64,000 nt of DNA, taken from positions 160,001-224,000 of the forward strand of contig CAWHTE010000011.1 in NCBI GenBank assembly GCA_963832165.1, written 5' to 3'. The stretch is from an uncultured delta proteobacterium. GTDB taxonomy: Bacteria; Myxococcota_A; UBA9160; SMWR01. The first letter of the stretch is position 1. The number at the start of each line of letters is the position of its first letter. Made by a program: the position numbers and the translations under genes. Below are positions 1-7,973 of the stretch, in pieces. The notes under the pieces were generated by a model. It worked only from the letters and a program-made list of their open reading frames with translations, did not search any database and was not told the origin of the DNA.

Positions 1-1037
1 CGCGAGGGCGTAGCTGTTCTCGAATCCGAGCGCGCCCGCCACCGCGATGCCGTGCGCGTCGGCGAGGTACTTCTCGACCTCGGCGAGCAACTGATCGCGA
101 TGCACCGACGCGGTGTCGCGATGCATGACCGTGGCCCAGAGCGTGCCCGTGTAGTCGACGTAGACGTCGAGGTCGCCCGCCGCGAGGGCGTCGAACGCGA
201 CCGTGGACCCGAGCGAGGGCAGGATCCGCGTCGCGGTCTCCCGTACGCGCCGTGATGTGCGCGCCGAGAATCTCGGCGAGGATGTACTGCTCGGTGAACG
301 GCTTCGCACCGATCGAGATCACGCGCTGCGCGGGTCGAGCGCACGGCCGCCGACGCCCCGGCGTAGAGCGCGAGCGCGCCGAGCCCAGCGACGGCCAGGC
401 CCCACCACGCGCGCCGCCGCGCGCGAATGCCCGCCTCGAGCAGGCGGATCAGCTGATCGAGGCCGAGCGCGAGCGCGGCCGCGGCGGCGCAACCCACGAG
501 CACCGCCGCGTCGTTGCGCGTCGCAAGCCCGCTGAAGATGTAGTTGCCGAGGCTCGTCGCGCCGATCGGCGTCGCGAGCGTCGCCGTGCCCACGACCCAG
601 ACGGCCGACGTGCGCACGCCGGAGACGATCACGGGCAGCGCGAGTGGCAGCTCGACACGGACGAGCTCCTCGCGTGGTGTCATGCCGACGCCGCGCGCAG
701 CCTCGCGCACCGCGGAGTCGACGCCCGCGAGCCCGGTCACCGTATTGCGCAGGATCGGCAGCAGGCCGTAGAGCGTGAGCGCGACCAGCGCGGGCCATGC
801 GCCGATCCCGCGCGCGCCGACCGCCGCGAACAGCGGCACCATCACCGCGAGCAGCGCGAGGCCCGGGATGGTCTGGATCACGCTCGCGGCGCCGAGCAGC
901 GCGGGCTCGAGCGCGCGGCGTCGGTGCACGGCGACACCGAGCGGGATCGCGATCAGCGCGGCCAGGCCGAGCGCGGCGAGCGAGAGCGTGAGGTGCGCCG
1001 TGAGATAGCCGGGCAGCAGCTGCAGCTGCTCGCTCAC
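1..1037 (-). CDS. Osmoprotectant (glycine betaine/choline) ABC transporter permease fused to substrate-binding domain; runs off the window edge; two apparent frameshifts (~240, ~335)
   Basis: Manual translation from GTG 1037 (GTGA overlap with the ATPase stop): ...VIQTIPGLALL...EAARGVGMT...VELPLALPVI...; then in shifted frames IGAKPFTEQYILAE and LGSTVAFDALAAGDLDVYVDYTGT, typical of OpuAC/OsmF-like binding domains. Not in the ORF track. Confidence 0.8.
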   Translation of the reverse strand, partial: MSEQLQLLPGYLTAHLTLSLAALGLAALIAIPLGVAVHRRRALEPALLGAASVIQTIPGLALLAVMVPLFAAVGARGIGAWPALVALTLYGLLPILRNTVTGLAGVDSAVREAARGVGMTPREELVRVELPLALPVIVSGVRTSAVWVVGTATLATPIGATSLGNYIFSGLATRNDAAVLVGCAAAAALALGLDQLIRLLEAGIRARRRAWWGLAVAGLGALALYAGASAAVRSTRAARDLDRCEAVHRAVHPRRDSRRAHHGAYGRPRRGSCPRSGPRSRSTPSRRATSTSTSTTRARSGPRSCIATPRRCIAISCSPRSRSTSPTRTASRWRARSDSRTATPS

Positions 1038-1804
1038 GAGTCCCATCTCCGGCCGAGCAGCGCATCGAGCGCCTCGGTCTGGCGCCGCGGCGTGCGCAGC
1101 AGCTCCGCGACGCGCTCGTCGGCGGGCGCGTGCAACAGCTCGGACGGCGTGCCCACCTGGACGAGCCGTCCCGCGTGCAGCACCGCGATCCGGTCGCCGA
1201 GCAGCAGCGCTTCGGCCATGTCGTGGGTCACGAAGATCGCGGTGAGGCCGAGCTCGCGGCGAATCGACGCGAACGCCTGCTGCAGGTTCTCGCGCGTGAG
1301 CGGATCGAGCGCCCCGAACGGCTCGTCGAGCAGCATCAGGCGCGGCCGGGCCGCCAGCGCGCGCGCGAGCCCCACGCGCTGCGCCTCGCCGCCCGAGAGC
1401 GCATCGGGTCGCCGGTCGCGATACGCGGCCGGGTCGAGCGCGACGCACGCGAGAAGCTCGTCGACGCGCGCGGAGACTTCCGCTGCGTTCCACCCGAGCA
1501 GCGTTGGCGTGATTCCGACGTTCTCCGCGACCGAGAGGTGCGGAAACAGCCCGACCTGCTGGAAGCAGTAGCCGATCCTCCGGCGCAGCAGGGGCGCCGG
1601 CTCCATGCGCGTGTCGACGCCGTCGATCCAGACGCTGCCGCTGGTCGGCTCGATCAGCCGGTTCACGAGCCGGAGCGTCGTCGTCTTGCCCGAGCCCGAT
1701 CCGCCGACCAGCACGAGCAGCTCGCCGGTCTGCACGGAGAGGGAGAGGTCGTCGACCGCGACCCGCTCTGGATAGCGCCGCGTGAGCGAGCGCAGCTCGA
1801 TCAC
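1034..1804 (-). CDS. Osmoprotectant ABC transporter ATP-binding protein (ProV/OpuBA-like)
   Basis: GGSGSGKTT Walker A, LSGGEAQRV signature, LLDEPFGALD; GTG start overlaps the upstream TGA. Confidence 0.9.
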   Translation of the reverse strand: MIELRSLTRRYPERVAVDDLSLSVQTGELLVLVGGSGSGKTTTLRLVNRLIEPTSGSVWIDGVDTRMEPAPLLRRRIGYCFQQVGLFPHLSVAENVGITPTLLGWNAAEVSARVDELLACVALDPAAYRDRRPDALSGGEAQRVGLARALAARPRLMLLDEPFGALDPLTRENLQQAFASIRRELGLTAIFVTHDMAEALLLGDRIAVLHAGRLVQVGTPSELLHAPADERVAELLRTPRRQTEALDALLGRRWDS

Positions 1805-2577
1805 GATTTTGTGGCCAGCCAGAGCTTCGCGTACTTGAGGCGCACGTAATGCGCCGCGAGGTAGGCGAGCAGGAGGCCGCGCCATCCGTCGAGGAACCCG
1901 CGTCGCCAGAAGTAGAACACGAAGAAGCGGACCGGCGGGCGCAGGATCACGTCGGACAGGCGCGCGCGCCTGCCCTCGGCGCGCATCCCGTCGGCCATGA
2001 TCGTGGTGTAGCGGTCGATCGTGCGCAGGTGGTCGTCGAAGCTGCGATAGGGCTCGTGGCGCAGCTCTCCGGCCAGCCGGCGCACGCTCCCCTCGACCGA
2101 TACGCGGTCGTGCGGATCGCGCCCACCCCAGCCACCGCGGCGCCGATCGAACAGGCGCAGCTTCCAGTCGGGATACCAGGTGCCGTGGCGGATCCAGCGG
2201 CCGAGGTAGCTCGACACGCGCGATACCTCGTAGCCCGCGACACCCGCGAAGTCCCCGCGGCGCGCGGCCTCGATCGCGGTGCGCAGCTCGGGTGACACGC
2301 GCTCGTCGGCGTCGATGCAGAACACCCAGTCGTGCTTCGCTTCGCGGACGGCGAACTCCTTCTGCTTCACGTGCCCGGGCCAGTCGCGCTCGATCACGCG
2401 CGCTCCAGCCGCGGCGGCTAGCTCGCGCGTCTTGTCGGTCGAGTGCGAATCGACCACGAGCAGCTCGTCGCACCAGTCGAGTGAATCGAGGCACGCGCCG
2501 AGCCGGTCTTCCTCGTCTTTCGCGACGATGCAGGCGCTGACCGGGACCCGCTCGGGCGCCACGCCCGCTGGACTCAC
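1801..2577 (-). CDS. Glycosyltransferase family 2 (WaaE/KdtX-like)
   Basis: VVDSHSTDKT, WVFCIDADERV (DxD), WYPDWKLRLF, GFLDGWRG. Confidence 0.88.
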   Translation of the reverse strand: MSPAGVAPERVPVSACIVAKDEEDRLGACLDSLDWCDELLVVDSHSTDKTRELAAAAGARVIERDWPGHVKQKEFAVREAKHDWVFCIDADERVSPELRTAIEAARRGDFAGVAGYEVSRVSSYLGRWIRHGTWYPDWKLRLFDRRRGGWGGRDPHDRVSVEGSVRRLAGELRHEPYRSFDDHLRTIDRYTTIMADGMRAEGRRARLSDVILRPPVRFFVFYFWRRGFLDGWRGLLLAYLAAHYVRLKYAKLWLATKS

Positions 2578-3056
2578 GCCGTGAAGCCCAGCAGCGCGTC
2601 GAGCGCGGGCCACTCGATCGCGCTCTGCGCCGCGAATGCGCGCAGCAGGAGCTCGCGGTCGGGATCGTCACCCGCGCCGCGGTACTTCGCGACCGCCGCG
2701 GCGAGCTCGGACTCTTTGGGCTGCGCGGGCGACTCGTCCTTGAGCGTGCCTTCCTCGTGGGCGAGACCCACGCCGTCGAGCCACTCGAGCAGCAGCGGCT
2801 TGCGGCACTCGAGGAAGTAGATCGCGAGCAGCTCGTCTGCGACCAGGTTGGCGGAAACGCGCGCGAGCGCGCGGCGGATCGTCTTCGCGCGCAGCTCGAA
2901 CGGCTGGTTGCGCAGGAACACCGGCCGTGCCTTGATCGACACGGCCGCCGCGTCGACCATCTGCCGGAACATCGCGGGCGCGTCCTTCGAGAGCACGCGC
3001 AGCATGCGCTCCGCTTCCTCGGGCGGCATCGTCGCGAACACCTGGTACGAGCGCAT
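2574..3056 (-). CDS. Hypothetical protein (160 aa)
   Basis: Normal composition, coupled to neighbours by TGATG/GTGA overlaps. Confidence 0.75.
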   Translation of the reverse strand: MRSYQVFATMPPEEAERMLRVLSKDAPAMFRQMVDAAAVSIKARPVFLRNQPFELRAKTIRRALARVSANLVADELLAIYFLECRKPLLLEWLDGVGLAHEEGTLKDESPAQPKESELAAAVAKYRGAGDDPDRELLLRAFAAQSAIEWPALDALLGFTA

Positions 3057-3991
3057 CAGTTCCCCCGCGCGCAGGGTTTAGCAAACGCCGCGTGCGCGGC
3101 GCCGGTCGCGGTCAGGACGAGCGCGGCGGCGAGCGCGGAGTGGAGCCCGGTGAGCTCGACCGGAATCCGGGCCAGCACGTTGGCGATGCCGACGGCCACC
3201 TGCAGTGCGGAAACCGCCGCGGCGACTCGAGTCCAGAGCGCGAGCCGCGGGCTCGTGCGCGCGATCCAGGCCAGACCCGCGAGCGCGACGACCAACAGAT
3301 AGCCGTTCGATCGGTGCAGCAGGTGCAGCCCGACCGGACCGCGCCACGACGGGAACCAGGCTCCGCCGTTGCAGGTGGGCCACTCGGGGCAAGCCAAACC
3401 CGCATAACGCGAGGAGACGAGCCCGCCCAGCACGAGCTGCAGCGCGAGCAGCGCGATCACGGCCGCGAGCGCGCGGCGCTGCGGGTGCGTGGCGGGCGCC
3501 AGCGCGCTGTGCCCGCGGCCGCGCAGGTCGAGTGCGGTCCAGGCGAGCGCCGCGGCGATCGAGTTGCCGACCACGAGGTGCGACGTGACCGTCCAGGACG
3601 CGAGCAGGTGCCAGACCGTGAGCGCACCCAGCAGGATCTGCAGCGCGAAGAGCAAAGCCGTGAGCACGAGCCGGCGCCGGATCGGATCGCCGACGGGAGC
3701 GCGCCGCCACGCGGCGAGCGCGAGCGCGGCGAAACACAGCGTGACGCTGCCCGCGACCACGCGGTGCGAGTACTCGAACGCCACGCGCAGATCCATCGCG
3801 GGAACGAACTCTCCGAAGCACAGCGGCCAGTCGGGACACGCGAGCCCGGCGCCGTGCGCGCGCACGAGCGCCCCGAGCACGATCAGCGCCCAGGTGAGTG
3901 CGGCGACCGCCCCGAATCCGATCGCGAGGCCCGCGGTTCCGCCGGCCGCGCGCACGGCCGGATCGCGGCGCACGGACGCCTCGTCTAGCAT
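3056..3991 (-). CDS. ctaA: Heme A synthase (COX15/CtaA family)
   Basis: GAGLACPDWPLC, EYSHR, second repeat AGLACPEWPTC, HLLHR, multiple TM helices. Confidence 0.85.
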   Translation of the reverse strand: MLDEASVRRDPAVRAAGGTAGLAIGFGAVAALTWALIVLGALVRAHGAGLACPDWPLCFGEFVPAMDLRVAFEYSHRVVAGSVTLCFAALALAAWRRAPVGDPIRRRLVLTALLFALQILLGALTVWHLLASWTVTSHLVVGNSIAAALAWTALDLRGRGHSALAPATHPQRRALAAVIALLALQLVLGGLVSSRYAGLACPEWPTCNGGAWFPSWRGPVGLHLLHRSNGYLLVVALAGLAWIARTSPRLALWTRVAAAVSALQVAVGIANVLARIPVELTGLHSALAAALVLTATGAAHAAFAKPCARGN

Positions 3992-4031
3992 GCCCGCCTC
4001 TTCTAGACCGTCCACGCGAGCACGCTAGGCC

Positions 4032-5027
4032 ATGCCCCCTGTTGCCACAAACACCGCGATCGAGGTGCGCGAGCTCGTCAAGCGCTTCCGCGACGTGGAA
4101 GCGCTCGCGGGCATCGATCTCGACGTGCCGCGCGGCATCTGCTTCGGCCTGCTGGGTCCGAACGGCGCGGGCAAGTCGACGACGGTCGGTGTGCTCACCA
4201 CGCTGCTCGCGCCGACCTCCGGCACGGTGTTCCTGCTCGGGCACGACGTGGTGCGCGAGCGCGCCGCAGTGCGCCGGCAGATCGGCGTGGTGTTCCAGGA
4301 GACCGCGCTCGACCCGGAGCTCTCGCCGCGCGAACAGCTCGCGCTGCACGCGCGCCTGTTTCATCTCGACGCGCCCGCGGCCTGCGCGGATCGTTGGATC
4401 GAGCGCCTCGGCCTCGCCGATCACGCGGATCGCCCGGTGCGCAAACTGTCGGGCGGCCTGCGGCGAAGGGTCGAGATCGCGCGCGGACTGTTGCACCGGC
4501 CCGGCGTTCTCTTTCTCGACGAGCCGACCACGGGCCTCGACGTGGCCGCGCGCGCGGTGATCTGGGACGAGCTGCGCGCACTGCGCCGCAGCGGTGAGAC
4601 CACGCTCTTCCTGACCACGCACTCGATGGAAGAGGCCGACGCACTGTGCGACGTGATCGCGATCGTCGACGCGGGTCGGATCGCGACCTGCGGGAGCCCC
4701 GACGCGCTCAAAGCCGAGCTCGGCGGCGACGTCGTCACGCTCGTGCTCGAGCGCCCGCAGTCCGCGATCGCCGCGCTCGAAGCACAGCCGGGCGTGTCGC
4801 GCGTGGTCGCGGACGGCACGGGTCCCGGCGCGCTGCGCGTCACGGTGGCCGATGGGTCGCGCCGGCTCGCGGGTCTGCTCGAGTGCGCGCGCGGCGCGGG
4901 GATCCTCGAGGTCGACCTGCGCCGGCCCAGCCTCGAGCACGTCTTCCTGCACTACACCGGTCACGGATTCGAGGACGCAAGTTTCGCGCAGCGAGCCGAA
5001 GGCGAGCGAAGGCCATCAGGATGGTGA
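4032..5027 (+). CDS. ABC-2 type exporter ATP-binding protein (DrrA-like)
   Basis: GPNGAGKST, LSGGLRRRVEIAR, FLDEPTTGLD; the last ~15 aa derive from a repeat element. Confidence 0.9.
   Translation: MPPVATNTAIEVRELVKRFRDVEALAGIDLDVPRGICFGLLGPNGAGKSTTVGVLTTLLAPTSGTVFLLGHDVVRERAAVRRQIGVVFQETALDPELSPREQLALHARLFHLDAPAACADRWIERLGLADHADRPVRKLSGGLRRRVEIARGLLHRPGVLFLDEPTTGLDVAARAVIWDELRALRRSGETTLFLTTHSMEEADALCDVIAIVDAGRIATCGSPDALKAELGGDVVTLVLERPQSAIAALEAQPGVSRVVADGTGPGALRVTVADGSRRLAGLLECARGAGILEVDLRRPSLEHVFLHYTGHGFEDASFAQRAEGERRPSGW
4977..5019 (+). repeat. ~43-bp gene-junction repeat, copy 1
   Basis: GCAAGTTTCGCGCAGCGAGCCGAAGGCGAGCGAAGGCCATCAG, near-identical to the reverse complement of 14685-14726. 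Confidence 0.8.
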
Positions 5028-5779
5028 TGGCACCGCTCTCCGATCTCGTGGCGCTCACGGGGCGCGAGCTGCGCCGCTATGCGCGCGACCGCGCCTACTG
5101 GGTGGGCCAGGTGGTCTTTCCGCTCGCGTTCATCGCGTTCATCGGATACGGGCTCAACGACGTGATCGCGCTGCCGAGCGGCGCGAGCTACGTGGGCCAC
5201 CTTGCGACCGGGCTGCTCGCGATGCTGGTCGGCTCGGGCGCAGTCGGCGGCGGATTCTCGCTGATCGAGGACAAGACGAGTGGCTTCCTGCGCGCGCTGC
5301 TCGTGGCGCCGGTCTCCCGCACGCACCTCGTGCTCGCGAAGCTCGGCGCGCGCGTGCTCGTATCGCTCGCGCTCGTCGCGGGCCTGGCGCTCCTGCTCGC
5401 GGTCTTCACGCCCGTGCGGCTCGCCGACCCGCTCGCGGGGGCGGTCGCCGTGGTGGCGATCACGGCGATCTTCGTCGCGCTCGGCGTCGCGGTCGCGGTG
5501 CCACTGCGCCGCCTCGACTCGTTCCGGCTGGTCGCGGCGATGGTCACGGTGCCGCTCTATCTCTGCTCGGGAATCTTCTATCCCGTCGCCACCTTGCCCG
5601 CGCCCACGCGCTGGATCGCCCACGTGAATCCGCTCACCTATGGTGTGGATCTGCTGCGCTACGCCCTGCTCGGGGTCCACGAGTTGCCGCTGGCACTTTC
5701 CTACGGATTGCTCGGTGCGCTCACACTGCTTGCGATTGCCGTTGCCGTGCTGGCCTTCGACCGCGGGACCCGGGGGTAG
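5027..5779 (+). CDS. ABC-2 type exporter permease (DrrB-like)
   Basis: About six TM helices, EDKTSGFLRALLVAP, SGIFYP, NPLTYGVDLLR; alternative ATG at 5021. Confidence 0.88.
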   Translation: MAPLSDLVALTGRELRRYARDRAYWVGQVVFPLAFIAFIGYGLNDVIALPSGASYVGHLATGLLAMLVGSGAVGGGFSLIEDKTSGFLRALLVAPVSRTHLVLAKLGARVLVSLALVAGLALLLAVFTPVRLADPLAGAVAVVAITAIFVALGVAVAVPLRRLDSFRLVAAMVTVPLYLCSGIFYPVATLPAPTRWIAHVNPLTYGVDLLRYALLGVHELPLALSYGLLGALTLLAIAVAVLAFDRGTRG

Positions 5780-5788
5780 CCCGGCGAC

Positions 5789-5816
5789 TAAACTTCGACG
5801 CCCGACGGGTCGATGA
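5789..5816 (+). promoter_or_regulatory. Possible sigma-28 (FliA)-like promoter
   Basis: TAAA-N16-GTCGATGA just upstream of 5826; consensus is TAAA-N15-GCCGATAA, so the spacer is 1 nt long. Confidence 0.35.
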
Positions 5817-5825
5817 AGCGGGGTG

Positions 5826-6245
5826 ATGGACACCGCAGTGCAGATCACCGATGCCCGAGACCCCCGACGGCTGCGCGAGCTCATGGAGCGCGCGGAGACG
5901 CTCGCCCGCGACCACGGGCTCCGGTCGGTCGTGGTGGGGCTCGCGGGCTTCGAGGGCGACACGATGTTCCCGGAGATCGTCGACTACGTCGAAAGCGCGC
6001 TGCGCGTCGACGACTCGGTGTTCCGGCTCACGCGCGAGCGCGTGGTGCTGCTGCTGGCGGACGTCGACGTGGAGCGCGCCAGCGCGATCATGAATCGGCT
6101 GCTCGGCCAGTTCCGCGAGAACTTCCCGTCGCCGGTCGAGCCGGCGGTCGGGCTCGGCTACTTCGAAGTGGCGCCGGGCGTGGCCGACGTGTCGGTGAAG
6201 AACGTCCTGCCGAATCTGTTCGCGACGCCTCCCACGTCGCACTGA
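5826..6245 (+). CDS. Stand-alone degenerate GGDEF-like protein
   Basis: LRVDDSVFRLTRERVVLLL aligns with the LRxxDxxxRxGGDEFxxLL pattern; catalytic motif lost, RxxD kept. Confidence 0.6.
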   Translation: MDTAVQITDARDPRRLRELMERAETLARDHGLRSVVVGLAGFEGDTMFPEIVDYVESALRVDDSVFRLTRERVVLLLADVDVERASAIMNRLLGQFRENFPSPVEPAVGLGYFEVAPGVADVSVKNVLPNLFATPPTSH

Positions 6246-6288
6246 TCTCCCGCCCGTCCGCGGCGGCGCTCGCTACCATGCGCGCGCG

Positions 6289-7098
6289 ATGCCGGAGATC
6301 CACCCCTCGGCGATCATCGACCGCGACGTCGAGCTCGCTGAAGACGTCGTGATCGGCCCTCACTGCGTCCTGCGCGGCCGCATCCGGATCGGCGCGGGCA
6401 CGCAGCTGCTCGGGCACGTCTATCTGCAGGGCCCGCTCGTGCTCGGCGAGCGCAACCGCGTGTGGCCGTTCGCGGCGCTCGGATTCGCGCCGCAGCACCT
6501 CGGCTGGGACCCGGATCGCGCCGGCGCGGGGCTCGTGATCGGTGACGAGAATACGATCCGCGAGTCGGTGACGATGTCGCGCGCGGCGTCGGACGACGTT
6601 CCCACGCGCGTGGGAAGCCGCAACTACTGGATGGCCAACACGCACGCGGGTCATGACTGCGAGATCGGCAACGGCTGCGTGTTCGCGAACGGCACTCTGC
6701 TCGCGGGCTCGGTGCGGGTCGGCGACGCCGTGGTCGCGGGCGGCAACGTGGCGGTGCACCAGTTCTGCCAGGTGGGGCGCGGCGCGCTGCTGTCGGGCAC
6801 GTTCGGGCTCAACAAGGATCTGCCGCCGTTCTTCATGCTCACGGGTGGGAATATCGCCGGCAGCATCAACCTGATCGGCATGCGCCGCTCCGGGATGCCG
6901 AGCGAGCAGATCGACGACGTGCGCTGGGTGTACAAGACGCTGTACCGGCGCGGGCTCTCGCTGACGCGCGCACTCGAGCAGCTCCAGGAGCGCGCGGCGC
7001 GCCCGATGGTGGCCGAGTACATCGCGTTCCTGCATGGGTCGAAGCGCGGCCTGTGCCCCGCGCGCGGCGAGGCACGGCGGGGCACGGGGACGGAGTAG
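6289..7098 (+). CDS. lpxA: Acyl-ACP--UDP-N-acetylglucosamine O-acyltransferase
   Basis: IHPSAII start, hexapeptide repeats, IRESVT, MANTHAGHDC, VHQFC, INLIGMRRSG. Confidence 0.88.
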   Translation: MPEIHPSAIIDRDVELAEDVVIGPHCVLRGRIRIGAGTQLLGHVYLQGPLVLGERNRVWPFAALGFAPQHLGWDPDRAGAGLVIGDENTIRESVTMSRAASDDVPTRVGSRNYWMANTHAGHDCEIGNGCVFANGTLLAGSVRVGDAVVAGGNVAVHQFCQVGRGALLSGTFGLNKDLPPFFMLTGGNIAGSINLIGMRRSGMPSEQIDDVRWVYKTLYRRGLSLTRALEQLQERAARPMVAEYIAFLHGSKRGLCPARGEARRGTGTE

Positions 7099-7143
7099 CG
7101 CGCAGCGCCCGATCCTCCGTTCGCCCTTGCCGGGCGTCCGCCA

Positions 7144-7172
7144 TTGTGTAACTGAATTGTTACGTATAGACT
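7144..7172 (+). promoter_or_regulatory. Sigma-70-like promoter overlapped by a GTAAC-N6-GTTAC inverted repeat (probable ArsR operator)
   Basis: TTGTGT-N17-TAGACT; inverted repeat at 7148-7163; directly upstream of the SRPBCC-ArsR pair. Confidence 0.55.
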
Positions 7173-7191
7173 CGGCTCCGAGGAGGGCAGC

Positions 7192-7653
7192 ATGGGACTT
7201 CAAATCAGCTCGTTGGCGGTCCGGCGCAGCGTGTTCATCCAGGCATCTCCGAGCCGGGTCTGGCGAGAATTCGAGACCGCCGAGCGGATCGCGGCCTGGC
7301 TCGATCGCGGGCACAAGCTCCACTCGATCGATCCGCGCGAGGGAGGGCGCGTCGAGATGAGCGTGGAGATCGACGGGAAACGCCGGCAGTACGGCGGCCC
7401 GGTCCTCGTCGTCGAGCCGCAGCGCGAGATGTCCTTCGAGATCCGCTGGGCCACGCCGTGGGAGGCGGCCTACTCGCAGCGCACCACCTACTGGACCTTC
7501 CGTCTCACGGGCCTCTACGGCGGCACGCTGGTCGAGATCTTCCATCACGGCTTCGAACTTTCTGGCGCAGACGCCGGCGACGATCTCGAAGGCTACGAGG
7601 AAGGGTGGGACGTCAAGCACCTGAAGGCGCTCCGGGCGATCGTTGAGCAATAG
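7192..7653 (+). CDS. SRPBCC/AHSA1-like domain protein
   Basis: RRSVFIQASPSRVW...EIFHHGF...EEGWDVKHLKAL; GGAGG RBS. Confidence 0.8.
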   Translation: MGLQISSLAVRRSVFIQASPSRVWREFETAERIAAWLDRGHKLHSIDPREGGRVEMSVEIDGKRRQYGGPVLVVEPQREMSFEIRWATPWEAAYSQRTTYWTFRLTGLYGGTLVEIFHHGFELSGADAGDDLEGYEEGWDVKHLKALRAIVEQ

Positions 7654-7969
7654 GGATGTCTATGTCGCGCTCGCGGACCCGACGCGGCGCGGGATCCTCG
7701 AACTGCTCCGGGACCGGGGACCGCAGAACGCCGGCGCGATCGCGGCGAGCTTTCGCCGCGTCTCCCGGCCCGGAATCTCCCGCCATCTTCGCGTGCTGCG
7801 CGAGTGCGGTGTGGTTTCGGCCGAAGCGGAGGGGCGCGAGAACCTCTACCGGCTCGACGTCGGGCCGATCGTGAGAGCGCGCGACGGATGGCTCGCGAGC
7901 TTCGCGCCGGGCCACGTGCGCAGCCTGAGGGCGTTGCGGCGCAAGGTGGAACGGGACACGGATCGCTGA
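7643..7969 (+). CDS. ArsR/SmtB family transcriptional regulator
   Basis: ALADPTRRGILELL, SRPGISRHLRVLRECGVV, GRENLYRL. Confidence 0.88.
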   Translation: MSNRDVYVALADPTRRGILELLRDRGPQNAGAIAASFRRVSRPGISRHLRVLRECGVVSAEAEGRENLYRLDVGPIVRARDGWLASFAPGHVRSLRALRRKVERDTDR

Positions 7970-7973
7970 GCGA

